Source: Pecten maximus (Eukaryota). From it: a stretch of 64,000 nucleotides of DNA. Position numbers and translations under genes: made by a program. Below are positions 52,101-64,000 of this stretch, in pieces; positions within the stretch are counted from its first letter, which is position 1, and the number at the start of each line of letters is the position of its first letter. The notes beneath the pieces are model-generated. The model was not told where the DNA came from. It made no database searches and worked only from the letters and a program-made list of their open reading frames with translations. The stretch lies in contig NC_047016.1 of NCBI RefSeq assembly GCF_902652985.1, positions 38,688,001 through 38,752,000 of the forward strand, written 5' to 3'.

Positions 52101-55100
52101 AAACATTGAACTCAATACAGGACTGAATGCATTGTTTTTCGTTCTTCACTAAACATTTGTAGTCGATATATAAACGTAAAATTATTTTTTGTGCTAAATT
52201 CTTACAAATTGATGATTAAATAGAATATTTTCAAAATGTCATTATTTCATGTAATATATGATGATAATGACAAGAAGAAAATCCTTAATTATAAATAAAG
52301 AATTGGGGAACATGCAAATGTTTTGAAGACATTCATTTAATAGAAAAGGTGTGAGAAATTTGAATAAATACAACAGAGAATAAATCAGGTTATCGTTAGG
52401 GTTATACCTTTCCACACCAAACAGATGTGAGAGTAAACCACTGTGTTTGGCTTGCTGATTATGTCCTAAAGTTCTTATATTCCTATATCAACAAATACCA
52501 AGAAAATAATTTATAAAATATCAACAAAAATCTCCATCTACCTCGTTGTCTCCCCTTTTTCATTATAATGCAGTAGTTCTTATCATCATTACATGTACAA
52601 AGAACCTGTCGATAAATTTGAAGGGAAATAGTTGTATGGGGAAAAAAAGTTGTCACATGGAATAATCTTTCTGTAACTGTAAGCTGATAACAAGAAAGAG
52701 GTATAGCTACAAAAAACTTTATGTTTAAAACTACTTCAACTTTTGGATCATTGCAGATTAATTTTCTAATATGCTTTACCCTAAAAACCAACTCTTTAAT
52801 ATGCTATTGGCATAATAAAGAGTCCTTTTTTATACATTGCACTATTATTAAAAGTTTAAAAGTAGTCATACTCCAGTATACATGTAATGATGCCTGGGTT
52901 GCTACATTTTAGCCCTTACCTTTGATCAGGTTCAGTCTCCTGCGTTTCAGCAGTCAGCTGTTTGTTGTGAATGGAATCCGCAAAAACCTACAATTACAAT
53001 TTAAGGTTATCCATATATATATATAGTAAACCAGGGAATTGATAAATCAAAATTTGCACTTTACTTATCTACTATCAAAGTGATATTAATTTCTTTGATA
53101 TTAGCGCCTTTAGTTTAAATCCAATGCATATTTTGCTAGCTACAAGTGTTTCCGTCAGGAAATTAGATGGAGAATAAAATATCTAGAAAATAGTGTATCA
53201 GATATCATCAGATAACCATGGTTGATTGCACATGTTAAGTGAAGCATAGTGAAGAGCAATCAACTTTGAAACTAGAAGCTATTTTATAGAAGTTATTGGA
53301 TTATTAAACCAGCAGCTATAAATTTCAGCAATTAATACCTCTCATATTTTAATTTTAAATTCACAATTCAAATCAAAGTATATCTGAGTTTAACTTAATA
53401 CAATATTAACATACTGGCATGGTGTATTGGTATATAAGAGGCTCAATGGGCCTGAATGTGTATTTCAGTTTAACTAAACACAATATTTACATATCAGTGT
53501 ATTGGTAAATAAGAGGCTCAATGGGCCTGAATTGCTCACCTGCTTTTAGAGCAACTTTGAAGTTGATCTGTGTAATTTGGCAGATATTAACTTACATTGA
53601 TTACCACTTTATTAAATCATCAAAGTAGGCTAGCTCGGATTATCCATGTAAGTAAATTTTATCAGCCTCCATTCCAGCATACTATTGGCCCAATATCAGG
53701 TCTTAGGTTTCTCTTGGCTATCGGTTAATCATTGTTCAAAGATTTTAACAAACTTGGCAGCTCTTCACCCATCATGCTACAGACCCAATATCACCTCCCT
53801 GGGCCTCTTGGTTATTGAGAAGTTATTTCAATTATTTTAGCCTATTTGATCCCTGGGACCTTGAATGTGGGCCAAGGCCATTCTTCTGAACATATTTTGT
53901 AGCCCTTTAGCCCAGCATGCAACATGATCAATATCAGGTCTCTGTGCATCACGATTTTTGTGAAGTTGTTTAAAGGAAAAAGATAACACCTGATGGCCTG
54001 AAGGACACTGTATCACTACATAAGCTAACTTGCCCTTTGGGCAGGTGAGCTAATAACCGTCATCTTGTCATAGTTTCTTATGATTATAAATATAAGCTAA
54101 AAATGATATTGATTTCTTTTATATTAGCACCTTTAGTTCAAATCCAATGCATATTTTGCTAGCTACAAGTGTATCCCTCAGGAAATCAGATGGCGAATAG
54201 TGCAATCAACTGTGAAACCAGAAGCTATTTTAAAGTAGTGACTTTATTGGTAAACAGGATATGTTGGCTTATTAAACTAACAGCTATAAATTTCAGAAAT
54301 TCATTCTCTCTCATATTTTGATTTTAAATTCACAATTTAAATTTAAGTATATTTTAATTTAACTTGATACAATATTAACATATTGGTATATAACCCTCAT
54401 AAGTTTTAACTTGACTATGTCTACTACAACCAGTACAATAAAGTCTATTATAGTATACTATAAATGACAGTATAGACTAGTAAATTGTCAAATTTTCAAG
54501 GCAATCAATATATATACATATTGTTTATATTAGTTTACAAGTAGATGATTGATAATAAACTGATATACAGTAACAATGGACACAATCATCAATTGTTTTT
54601 TTAACATATGATGGATACAAATCAATTTGTATATTTACTCAAATATAGAACCTAAAGCTCTTACCTGGTCAGTATTGTTGTTGACAGGAACAGGTTCAAT
54701 GTGGTTTTCCTGAACTGAGTCAGCCTCAGCAGGAGAACCAGATTTAGATTTCTTGTCTGAAGATGGTTTATTAGAACTCTTGGAGTTGGCTGGTGAGTTT
54801 CTTCCTGTTTTTTGCTTGAATTGTTTTAGCTGAAAATAAAACAAACATTCAAAGAAAATTAAACATTTGTGGGAAAAGAAATCATTTTACTAGTTTAAAT
54901 CTAACACAAACATTGAATGGTGACTCAATATTATTTGATAATGATGGATATTTGCAAGTACCTATACTACCAAGCAACATATATCTATGGCAGCTGTGTG
55001 CTTTTCAAATACTATAATATTATTTCTAACACAACCACTGACTTTATAAACATATATAGAGATATGTATAGTTAAATTAATGCAGTTTACTTAGACCATG

Positions 55101-56172
55101 GCAGACTGGCTGTGATAGAGGAAGTTAAATTGATCATGAATAGAATGAATAGAGATGTGTATAATAAAATCAATACACAAGTATCAGAACTATTTATCTT
55201 ATATAAGCCTTGATCAAGTCAAAGCCTATACTTGAAGTGTTAGTCTTTAATTAATTTTATATCAGTAGCTGTATATCTTTTGTTGTTGAAATGTAAAAAA
55301 AAATGATGGTTAAGAATATAGATGTATCATGGTGTTACGGCAATGACCTGTTTTTTTTTTATTCAATTATTATGTTAAATACAATTTTTTACGCCAATAA
55401 ACTTTATACAAAATAAGCATACCAAAATAAAGTTATCAATCTTATATGGACTGTTATACATTATAATAAATGTATTATTACTTTGACATATTAACTTTCA
55501 TCTCACAACTAATACACAAATGCTGTTATTGTACTCTAGAAAATGGTATAGTACACCGCAGTGTACATGTTTAATTAATATTGCAATTATGATACAGAAA
55601 CCCTACAGTATTATTTTTTATGTACATTTTGTATGAATAGTGACAAATTTGGACACGGAGGTAATAAATGGGTACAGAGATGTATTGCCAAGTTACCAAA
55701 ACGTCTCACTCTGGTACACCCATCAACGGAACACATGTGTACACTCCAGTCCCCGTCACCATAATTTTGGGATTATGATTACCATATGACAGGGCACCAG
55801 TGTGGCCAGAAAATGACCACCAAATTTAAACATATGAAACAGGGATAGTTTGTTAAGAATCAATAACCATGCACATTATGAACGGCTAGAAATGTCTTCG
55901 TTGGTCGAAAGCATTTAGACACTGCCACAGCATCATTCCCGATCAATGCACCGGTGTTTCTCATGTGTCGGTGCCCCTGTCAGTGTCAACATTACACATA
56001 TTTCAGGAATGCCCTAAAGCAATATATTTTTGACAATCAAATCAACTACTTTCCGCATCTGCCAATTTAAATGGTTGGGTATTCACTTAAATTTAATCGA
56101 GTTTCACTGTTTAGAATGTCAAACCTTCTTTTTAGCTGCGGCTATTTTCTCTCGTTTCCCACTGTCTGCCAT
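37174..56172 (-). CDS. GOLGA2: Golgin subfamily A member 2 (GM130), ~22 coding exons; first 56125-56172, last 37174-37541
   Basis: MADSGKREKIAAAKKK|LKQFKQK N-terminus; SRESLQQLSRQLNGL; LKEQLQ|VHIQTIGILVAEKTEL; ALSRALTQNKDLKNQLAELQNGFVKL; LEHIVLQLEGEADTIG; C-terminal CKYCKGQVQII. GT-AG junctions are consistent where checked. Confidence 0.93.
38957..39076. repeat. Exact 60-bp tandem duplication spanning a GOLGA2 splice donor
   Basis: 38957-39016 equals 39017-39076. Confidence 0.95.
41128..41385 (-). mobile_element. Short HINE-like element
   Basis: AACAAG start, GTGACCTTGACC core, (GACA)n and terminal hairpin CTAGTCCCCC...GGGAACTAG. Confidence 0.5.
41434..43829 (-). mobile_element. Complete Helentron/HINE-type element with a ~13 x 157-bp array
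   Basis: AACAAGAGGCCCATGGGGCC..GCTCACC terminus; ~157-bp period; (GGAC/GAC)n; hairpin AGCTCACCGGACCTTCGGTCCAGGTGAGCT then AAAAA. Lies in a GOLGA2 intron. Confidence 0.88.
46084..46268. mobile_element. Small MITE
   Basis: CAGGGCTTTTTTCT ... AGAAAAAGCCCTG, flanked by TTTAC on both sides. Confidence 0.6.
47379..47602 (-). mobile_element. Intact tRNA-derived SINE with V-domain-like core
   Basis: Minus strand: A box TGGCCGAGTGG, B box GGTTCGAAACC, core GGTTTTTCTCCAGGTACTCTGGCTTTCCTCCAC and (AAAC)n tail. TACAGTAAAACT is duplicated at 47367-47378 and 47603-47614. Confidence 0.88.
49584..49802. repeat. 56-bp unit x4 spanning a GOLGA2 splice donor
   Basis: CTTACC (reverse complement of G|GTAAG) at 49591, 49647, 49703 and 49759. 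Confidence 0.95.
50150..50642 (-). mobile_element. HINE-like element with 2-3 ~150-bp units
   Basis: TTTGATGTAGGTCAAATG..AAAATGTAGGTCAGAGTGACCT repeated; (GACA)n; terminal GTCCC...GGGAC hairpin. Confidence 0.55.
53510..54055 (-). mobile_element. Degraded HINE-type element
   Basis: AAGAGGCTCAATGGGCCTGAATTGCTCACCTG at one end; hairpin AGCTAACTTGCCCTTTGGGCAGGTGAGCT at the other. Confidence 0.7.
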
Positions 56173-56456
56173 TTTCGAGCCATGGATGCGTGCGACTTTG
56201 ACACGCAAGCGGAAGTGAAGGCTCGGAATGAAATGTTATTTAGCTTTTATTTTCGTAAGAAATAAAAAGAAGTGTTGAGAATAATTAGCAAAAACATCAT
56301 TCAAACGAATACTTCCAAATGCATAAATACTTTGTACGAATTACGTACAAATTAAAAAGTATATTTTGTTGTGTTTCATTTTCGGAGCACCTCTTATCAA
56401 AGGGCTTCCGAGTTTTAAACCAATATGGCGCTAAAGTTGAAAACATTGTGAATGTG
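56173..56456. promoter_or_regulatory. Putative bidirectional promoter of GOLGA2/ANAPC5 with probable ANAPC5 non-coding exon 1
   Basis: ETS-like GCGGAAGTG at ~56209, YY1-like AATATGGCG at ~56422 and donor GTAAGT at 56457. A matching acceptor TTTTTAG at ~61463 lies just upstream of the ANAPC5 ATG. Confidence 0.55.
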
Positions 56457-56850
56457 GTAAGTGTAAAACTCATTTTATTAAGCCAGCAATGTAAATTCAT
56501 CAAACAAATAATTGGAATTCGAAAGACTTCTTAATGTGTGTTTTTTGTAGTCAAGTCAACATCATGAAAACATGATATCAAAATTCAAAACAGGATTTAC
56601 TAAAAACTTGCAAAAGAGACATCACAAGATAGAACATCTGAACTGTACTGTGGTTACAGTAGGTCTACTGTATATCAAAACTCATGTCTAGAATCAGAAA
56701 CATAAATTCGAACTTCCATATTTCTGTTGAAATCAAAATGGAAGAAATGAACAGAAACATTTTTTAATGAGTGGTATTTGCACTTGCAAAGCTGTTACTA
56801 AACAGAAGATGCATATATACACCCAGGTGCCCCGAGTCGTTTTATAAAAT

Positions 56851-57211
56851 TGTAACAGGAGAAGGAGATAATGTAGCAGCCAGACTGGGATTCGACACTC
56901 TGAACTCTAGAAGGACACACTTCCACGTGCACTGATCTACCTGGTCGCTGATGATTGACACCGTCCAGCACCGCTACATTCCTCCCTCCTTTTTTTCAAG
57001 TCTTTGCCCCTGAAGACCACAAGTTCGGATATCCCCTTGCTAAGCATACCCTCAATGCTTTAAACAAGGGTAGGTGTGCAAGCTCGCCAATTATGCAACA
57101 GCTAGGAGAAAGAGAAAATATAGCTGCCAGCTAGACCGGGATTCGAACCTGGGACCCTCTACCACTGAGCTACCTGGTTGCCGATGATCAACCCATTCCA
57201 GATTCGCAACA
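56851..57211 (-). mobile_element. Miniature LTR retroelement with tRNA-like LTRs
   Basis: Two related TG..CA repeats (56851-56978 and 57094-57211). On the minus strand: PBS-like TGGCGAGC at ~57082-57089 and polypurine tract at 56979-56996. AAAT flanks both ends. The LTR contains TAGCTCAGTGGTAGAG...GGTTCGAATCCC. Confidence 0.75.
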
Positions 57212-58052
57212 AAATAATAACATATATAGAAGAGTACATATATACTAATTGATATGTACTCTAATATGTTATTAATTTATAAAAACCGAGGCAGGCACCT
57301 GTGATCTACACATACAACATACACCCCCCTCATACACCATACTCATGTGCTATACCTGGCCACACTACTCCGACCGAATCAGTGTTAGTAATTTAAGGAG
57401 CTGCAGAGATATCTTCTGTGTTTTGCATTATTATTTTTGAGATGTAATGGCATACTGTACGTCGGGCATTTATTTGTTTAACTTTCCCACTCCAAAATGA
57501 TGTCATCACATACAATCTTGACCTTAGTTATAATTCCTAAATTCCTATTGAGATATATGTATATATATGGCACTGTTTTTACTTTATATTCAAGGATATT
57601 TTAGCAATAAAACAATCAGGTGATACCAACATAATGAATTTGTGATATACATGTATCACTAATTCAATGGCTCATGTACCATCAATTCATTATAGTGATA
57701 ACACCATATGAACGCTGAAGTCTTATGAAAAGCTGAAAATGATTATAATATTCAGTGTGGTGATCATGATAACCTAGCTATTCCAGGGCATCTAGTTGAC
57801 CCTTAATTGACTTTTAGCAATTTTAGAAGTCAAATCACTATTTCTGAGAAATCTGAATGGTCAAAACATATATCAAATAGACAAGTCCCTTCAAACCCAA
57901 GAGTCGGATCTCAATTTGGGCAGTCAAAATATACTCTCAAGGGTCTACTGGATGCCATGTATTCATTTAATATTACTATAATGAATTTGTGATATAGCTA
58001 TTGAAGTATTATGAATTGTGATATCACCAATTCGAAATGAATATATATATAG

Positions 58053-59061
58053 GTGCATCAGATATCATTACAATGGATTGTTGATATTATACAATTATAG
58101 CCTTTTGATGAGGTCGATGCATGGTTTTATTGACCGAAGAAAAATTATCGACCGAGGACGAAGTCCGAGGTTGATAATTTTTCTTCGGTCAATAAAACCA
58201 TGCATCGACCGAAATCTAAAGGCTATAACTGTTTTATTATTTTTCTTGGTTTTGTGTTCATCAAATAAACAATAAAACATTTCTTCAAATTTGAACATTT
58301 ATTTCTGTCACAACAAAAGAATTTTCATTTCTGAAAAATGTTATAATTGATGGTTATGTTTTGACAACTGTTGAATACTGGTACAGGAATCTGGGGCAAA
58401 TTTGCAACTGGCTTTGTATTGATGGAAAAGGAAGTTGATTGCTGAGAATTGGGGATATCTAGTAGTCTGATCATTTCATCTACACCATCATCATCTGATA
58501 ATAGATCTTTCATTAGTACATCAGACTGTGAATCTGATAGAGGCTGTATATTTGATACATCAATATCATCAATAGCAAGTAATTCACTGCGATTGGAGGA
58601 AGTTGAAACTGTTTTACTACATGTAGCTTGAGTTTTCTTACTTATAGTTTCTGACATCAGTTTTTTAGTGTTTTCACTGGTCTGGCCCGAATATGTTTTT
58701 AAAGATGACTCTGACCTGTGTCCGGTGACAGTCATAATGTTGTTAAAGATTCTGTCTTTTTCATCCACTGACAGAGAAGCAAACCTGTCAGCCATTTCGA
58801 CTCGTCTCGTCTGCGATTGTTTACAATCAAGATCACGCTAGACGCTTGACTGTTTATTTCAGTGCCCTTCTGAATCAAACGCTCAAATGACTAACATGCT
58901 CTGATGCTCTGCCGCGGTTTTTTTCCCGATCTATTTATAGATGGATCGGTCAATCAACTTTTTCAATCAACTTTTATCGGTCGATCACTGTTTTAAGGAT
59001 GGTCACGTGGGGTCTCAACGTCCAATGATATTGGCGCAAAAACTAACTAAAATAATAACAC
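58053..59061 (-). mobile_element. Internally deleted Crypton-like (tyrosine recombinase) element; ORF 58325-58795
   Basis: MADRFASLS N-terminus fused to IMTVTGHRSESSLKTY (YR box II His/Tyr) and FNSCQNITINY tail; 134-bp hairpin at 58095-58228; TATATAG at both flanks. Confidence 0.65.
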
Positions 59062-59288
59062 TATATATAGCTATTATGAATTGTGTTATCACTACAATGA
59101 ATATACTTGCATATCTTGATTCTGGACTTCATCTGTACATCCAAAAATGTCACTTATTGGTCATGTACGGAAGACTTATTTATACCACACAGTGTCTTGG
59201 TAGGAACTAAGAGGTGCAGACTAAGCAAAAATTGGTGGGTATGTATGGCATGCCAAAGTATAAAATAAAACATATACAAATGTACAGG

Positions 59289-59522
59289 TAATACTTAAGA
59301 GAAAAGTATTTGACCTTAAGGGCAGATCTTTTGACTTCAAGTATTTCACCTTTGCCATTATGTGATCATGACCCAATCATAGTTATTTGCGCTTAAGGTT
59401 AAAAGATTTGACTTTACATGAAATGAAATATTTCATATTTAAGGTCAAATCATAAAAGTAAAAAACACAAAATGACTAAAAGGTATTTGCCCTTAAGGTC
59501 AAATCTTTTCTCTCAAGTATTA
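59289..59522. mobile_element. TA-flanked MITE
   Basis: TAATACTTAAGAGAAAAGTATTTGACCTTAAGGGCA ... TGCCCTTAAGGTCAAATCTTTTCTCTCAAGTATTA. Confidence 0.7.
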
Positions 59523-60807
59523 TATGTATTAATTGACACTTTGCAATTGGCATGCCATATAGCTATATATAGGTATCCTATTTGGTAACTGGGTACAGAA
59601 TTCCTGTTTTTCTGTCTTTGGATAAACATGTGTTTTCTGAACTAACTTCATTTAAGTTTAACATCTAACATTGTTGCTGTATTATAACTCCTGCTGCTGA
59701 AAAAGTCAATGATGTAAAAAGCAATCTTTTAAAGTACGATGTACATAGTCTTACCTTTACACAGGAACACTCCAAGCCACATGAACATGTGAGGCAGCAG
59801 CAATGACTATAATAGTTTTGCACTTGTCATGATCAATCCCAGACTGCTTTAACTCTATAGTTTCCAAATCATTTTCATTTTTATGGATAAAACACTAGAA
59901 ATAATTGTGAGAAAATATAACTTGCACGAGTCTTTCAGCTTAAGCACAGTGATCATTTACAATCCTTATACACATGTATATGTAAAATTTAGAGTTTACT
60001 GTAGCCATCATATAGTGTATGTACGTAGGTATATATCCCCGACCTGAGATAAGATAAGATTTTAAGTGGTGTGTCTTCTGGTAACATTATCATATATATA
60101 CTTTAAAATACATGTGTGTGTCATAAACACTCATGTTTTTAACAAAATGATAATGTTTGTGTCCATGCATGCATTACTTGTGTACATGTACCGGGCCAGT
60201 ATATGAAATCATTTTATCTACATTGTACATACCTGGTATATATTGCCTGGAGACTCACGAAGAGCACTTTATAAGTTCACTGGGTCAGGACATTATCTAA
60301 CAGTTTCCATGCATGTCAGTTATACATATTGTGAATGTCATGGCACAATCAATTGTTGACATCACTATTATGATGTAATGATGGACATATATAGAAGAAA
60401 AGAAAATATATATAGTACTAATTAGTGATCAATACATACACCAAAGAACTTGAATTTAATTAACTTTCATATTTGATTCTGTGTGAATAATTATTTTACA
60501 TAAAGCATGGATTATATCATTTGAATGCAGTGTGTCTCCTGGGCTGGCTATTTTGGGAAATTGACTTCTGGTAGAAATTTGGATTTTTCTTTACAGCTAA
60601 ATTGTGGAATTAGGATTAAATGGGAAAGCTTTGGGGAATTTTGATGACAATTAGGAAATATAAATAAATATAAACAAACAACATACAAAAATGGGAATGG
60701 AGTCTTAATTCAGACCCAAATGTAGTAGTCAGGAAAACAATGGAATTTTTGTATTGTTATATAATATGAACTAAATTCACATTATAATAATCCACGTAAT
60801 TTCTTTG

Positions 60808-61298
60808 ATGGTGCACGTGGGCTATTCAAATTGCTCTTGACATAGATGTTTCGTCACATATCTGTCCATCTATCCTTAAACATTTCTTGTTTTCCCTATA
60901 TAGCTATTTCTTAGAAAGTCATTCATGGATTCTTCTCAAAATTCATTTCTAATTTCCCCCTGGTTCCTGGATGTGCTTGTTCTATTTTGAGACTGATTGG
61001 AAAACAAGATGGCTGACAGCTGGTGGCCATTTTGAATTTTGACAGCTGAAGTTTGTTAATGTTATTTCTCAGAAAGTTCTCCATGGATCTTTCTCAAATT
61101 TCACCTGTAGATTCCCCTGGTTCCTGGATGTGCTTGTTCTTTTTTGAGACTGATTGGAATACAAGGTGGCCGACAGCCAGTGGGCCATTTTTAATTTTGA
61201 CAGTTGAGGTTTGTTATCGCTATTTCTCAGAAAGTTCTTCATGGATCTTTCTCAGATTTTAATGGGAGTGCCACGATCCCTCTGGGAATCTCTTGTTT
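60808..61298 (+). mobile_element. HINE of the 155-bp family, opposite orientation
   Basis: Ends GATCCCTCTGGGAATCTCTTGTT, the reverse complement of the 21398 terminus; two ~155-bp units. Confidence 0.75.
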
Positions 61299-61527
61299 AA
61301 TTTTATACTTTAGATCGTGGGTATTCAACAATGTTTTTACATATGATGAATTATACGTATATATACATATGTATATAGTTTCAAATCTAAGTTATTGGCA
61401 TACAAACTTTGTATAAACATAATAAATACAATTAACCCCTTCTCTAAAATTTTCAATTTTTAGGTACAGCATCATCAGATATGAAGTGAACAGTAGTCAG
61501 ATGTAATCAAAGGGAAAACAACTGACG

Positions 61528-63472
61528 ATGGCAACGTCTAGTAAAACAGATTTATTTGTGTTTGGTGCCCATGGCCAGAAACCTTTACACGAACACGTAA
61601 CTCCTCACAAGGTGGCACTACTGGCTCTGATATTCGAGTACTGTGAAATGAAGAAAAGAGACACAACAGTGCCGATGGTCGGCATAGGTCATCAGTTACC
61701 AGGATACATGTATCAGAAATTCACCGAAACTGAGAAACGGGACTTCATGACCTCAATTTTGAAATTATTACAGGTAAACTAAAATGATTGATTAATTCGA
61801 AAATACTTTGTAGCAATTATATATAATTAGTAGTTTGTAATGCTTTTGTGATCATGATATTAGTTAAATTTAAAGTTCTATTTCTCAGATGTTTGTTTTC
61901 TGATAAAATATCTGCCAATTTTTAGCTGGCTCCAGTATCTGCTGTAAATACATAATATATGGATACGTTGTATATAATTCACCATTGAAAAAGTTAGAGA
62001 GAGATCTTTTACTGACCCAAAGAATTAGTTGTTTTTTTTTTTTTTTTTTTAATTGGGAAGACAACTAGGTCAGGCAATTAACTTTTCCAATTGGCGCCTA
62101 GATTTTATGACTTGGTAGCCAAATAGGCCACCTGGTAAAAATGTTCCCTTTGAGTCCTGATCTACATGTGTAAGTATTAATCTAACCAGGATTGTTTGCC
62201 TTATGAAAATAAGGAAGAGTTGAATTCCATTCAATTTATCATTGTTTTGCAGAGCCCAGATTTGTCATTAAAGGAGTTGCTAGAACAAGTACAGTCTATC
62301 CTACAGCCAACACTGTTGGATAACTTTACAGACAGGTGAGTCACAGTGTGAATTGTTTGATATATTTTTTGATTATTTTACATGTACATGTATGCTGAAG
62401 TTCAGCTGGTACCTTCTCATTTCTTTGTGAAATCTCCTATGTGTTAACATTTGCAAGTTTAATCCTAGGTGTGTCCGCAGATTTCAAATGAAAGCATTTT
62501 GTTCTAATGATTTTGATATTATTACAGTGCTTATCCTGTTAATAATTTTCTTACTATAAATGTATTTATGTAATTAAAGTATGTTCCTTTAGTTAATCCA
62601 TTCTTCAACTTTCATTTTAGATTGCGAGAATTCTACATGGAAGGTGTATTGCCATTTATGGACTTTTTTCAAGAATTACAGAGAATTTTACAACCCAGTG
62701 AATCCTTACCTGATCCCGTCATTGTTGGCAGCAGTGTACTAGGTTTGTATGGTACTTAGGTATGACAAATACTAAATAAAATTTGTATACTTTAACATCT
62801 GTAATGGAAAATTATTAAATATCGGGTAGCAAGTTCATGATCCCATGTATTACTAATATTTGTTCTGATGCTTATATTTGTCCCCATATGTAAATCAGAG
62901 CATGACAATTGTAAAGGGGAGGACTCGACTTTTGAAAGGGACTTCCCAAATGAAATGACACATTTTGTATTCTTTAATGCTCAAAATGGAAGATTATGAT
63001 ATACAATTAGCAATGATAGATTATCACAATGAGTTGGTAACTTCAAGAATGAAATATTGTAAGTTTAGAAGTAAAATTTGTTTTGATTGAAAATTATTGT
63101 ATGATATATTAGAATTAATAGCGAGTTTATGGGTATTGTTTTAATGGAAAATACATGAGATGTAGAAATACAAAATATGTAATGGCAAGTTAATGGGTAA
63201 AAGAATCTAGATTTTAGAGTAAAATATTTTTTTGTAGGTTTATTCCTTCGGAGGATGATACATGCTTTTGACAAGTTATCGTTCAGCCAGGTGACGAAGC
63301 TGTATACTCGATACAAAGATTACTATGAGGCTTTCAATACCCCTCTGGCTGCTGAGGAAAGTGATAACTTCGGCGGCTCCCTCATCGACTCCATCACTAG
63401 TCAATGTGGCCTTGGCAAGCTTACACGGAGTGGACTGGCTAAGTCATATGACCCCAGTAACCTTGGGGAAGG
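61528..63472 (+). CDS. ANAPC5: Anaphase-promoting complex subunit 5, 5' part (exons 61528-61773, 62253-62335, 62621-62742, 63238-63472; continues beyond the window)
   Basis: VTPHKVALLALI, LLQ|SPDLSL and SSVLGLFLRRMIHAFDKLSFSQVTKLY match the APC5 N-terminal domain; junctions are phase-consistent. Confidence 0.9.
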
Positions 63473-63532
63473 GTAAGAGTGAGAATGTTAGGGGAAGGTT
63501 ACAAGATCAGTAATTGACCTGAATGTGACTTT

Positions 63533-63964
63533 CAATCTAATTAAAATATAGATGCTCATTCTTACTACGATACATGAACATCTAACAACATTGCAAAAGG
63601 GTCACATTCTGGTGACCTTTGTTATCTCATTATTTCTCTTTCAGGTCGAATTATCAATTTTTTGATGTCATCAATCTCACCCATTCGTCACATCATGCAT
63701 CTGAAGCTAACCATTTCGGTATAGCATGTGTATATCTGTATGCTTCGTTGGACGAAATGACTTGAAACAGATTGACAGATTTTGCAAGCTGTGCACTCTA
63801 GTCATGCTATTTCGCACATACAAAGTTCAATTCCAAGATTCTGTAAGAAGTAATTTGATTGGTTAATCCAAAAGGTCACCCTGGCGTGACCACTTATGCG
63901 ATGTCGTTAGATGTTCATGTAATGTAGTGAGTGAGAATGAGCATCTAGATTTTAATTAGATTGC
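63533..63964. mobile_element. MITE with ~90-bp imperfect TIRs in an ANAPC5 intron
   Basis: CAATCTAATTAAAATATAGATGCTCATTCT...GGTGACCTTT versus AAAGGTCACC...AGAATGAGCATCTAGATTTTAATTAGATTG. Confidence 0.75.
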
Positions 63965-64000
63965 ATGACTTTATTCATGGAGGAAGATAAGTTCAGAGAC

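Overview
AT-rich, intron-rich animal DNA. The repeat and gene families suggest a bivalve mollusc (inference). Genes fall into three head-to-head pairs. (1) Two RING/B-box/B-box/coiled-coil TRIM paralogues: the minus copy is frameshifted with a nonsense codon, and the plus copy is truncated just before a decayed NHL-like propeller. (2) DNTTIP2 (Fcf2 domain, minus) and intronless TM2D1 (plus). (3) GOLGA2/GM130 (minus, ~22 coding exons) and the 5' part of ANAPC5 (plus). The rest is dense with non-autonomous mobile DNA: Helentron/HINE-type elements with 155-157-bp arrays, a 1.6-kb foldback element, MITEs, SINEs, a miniature LTR element with tRNA-like LTRs, a deleted Crypton-like element and minisatellites. 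The most unusual signal is a 4-kb TIR element with a 9-bp TSD, inserted in the DNTTIP2/TM2D1 shared promoter. It carries an SGNH/GDSL-hydrolase ORF followed 11 nt after its stop codon by three tandem, covarying, canonical histone-mRNA 3' stem-loops, although no histone gene is seen in the window. All calls are by eye and from recalled family motifs; no searches were run.
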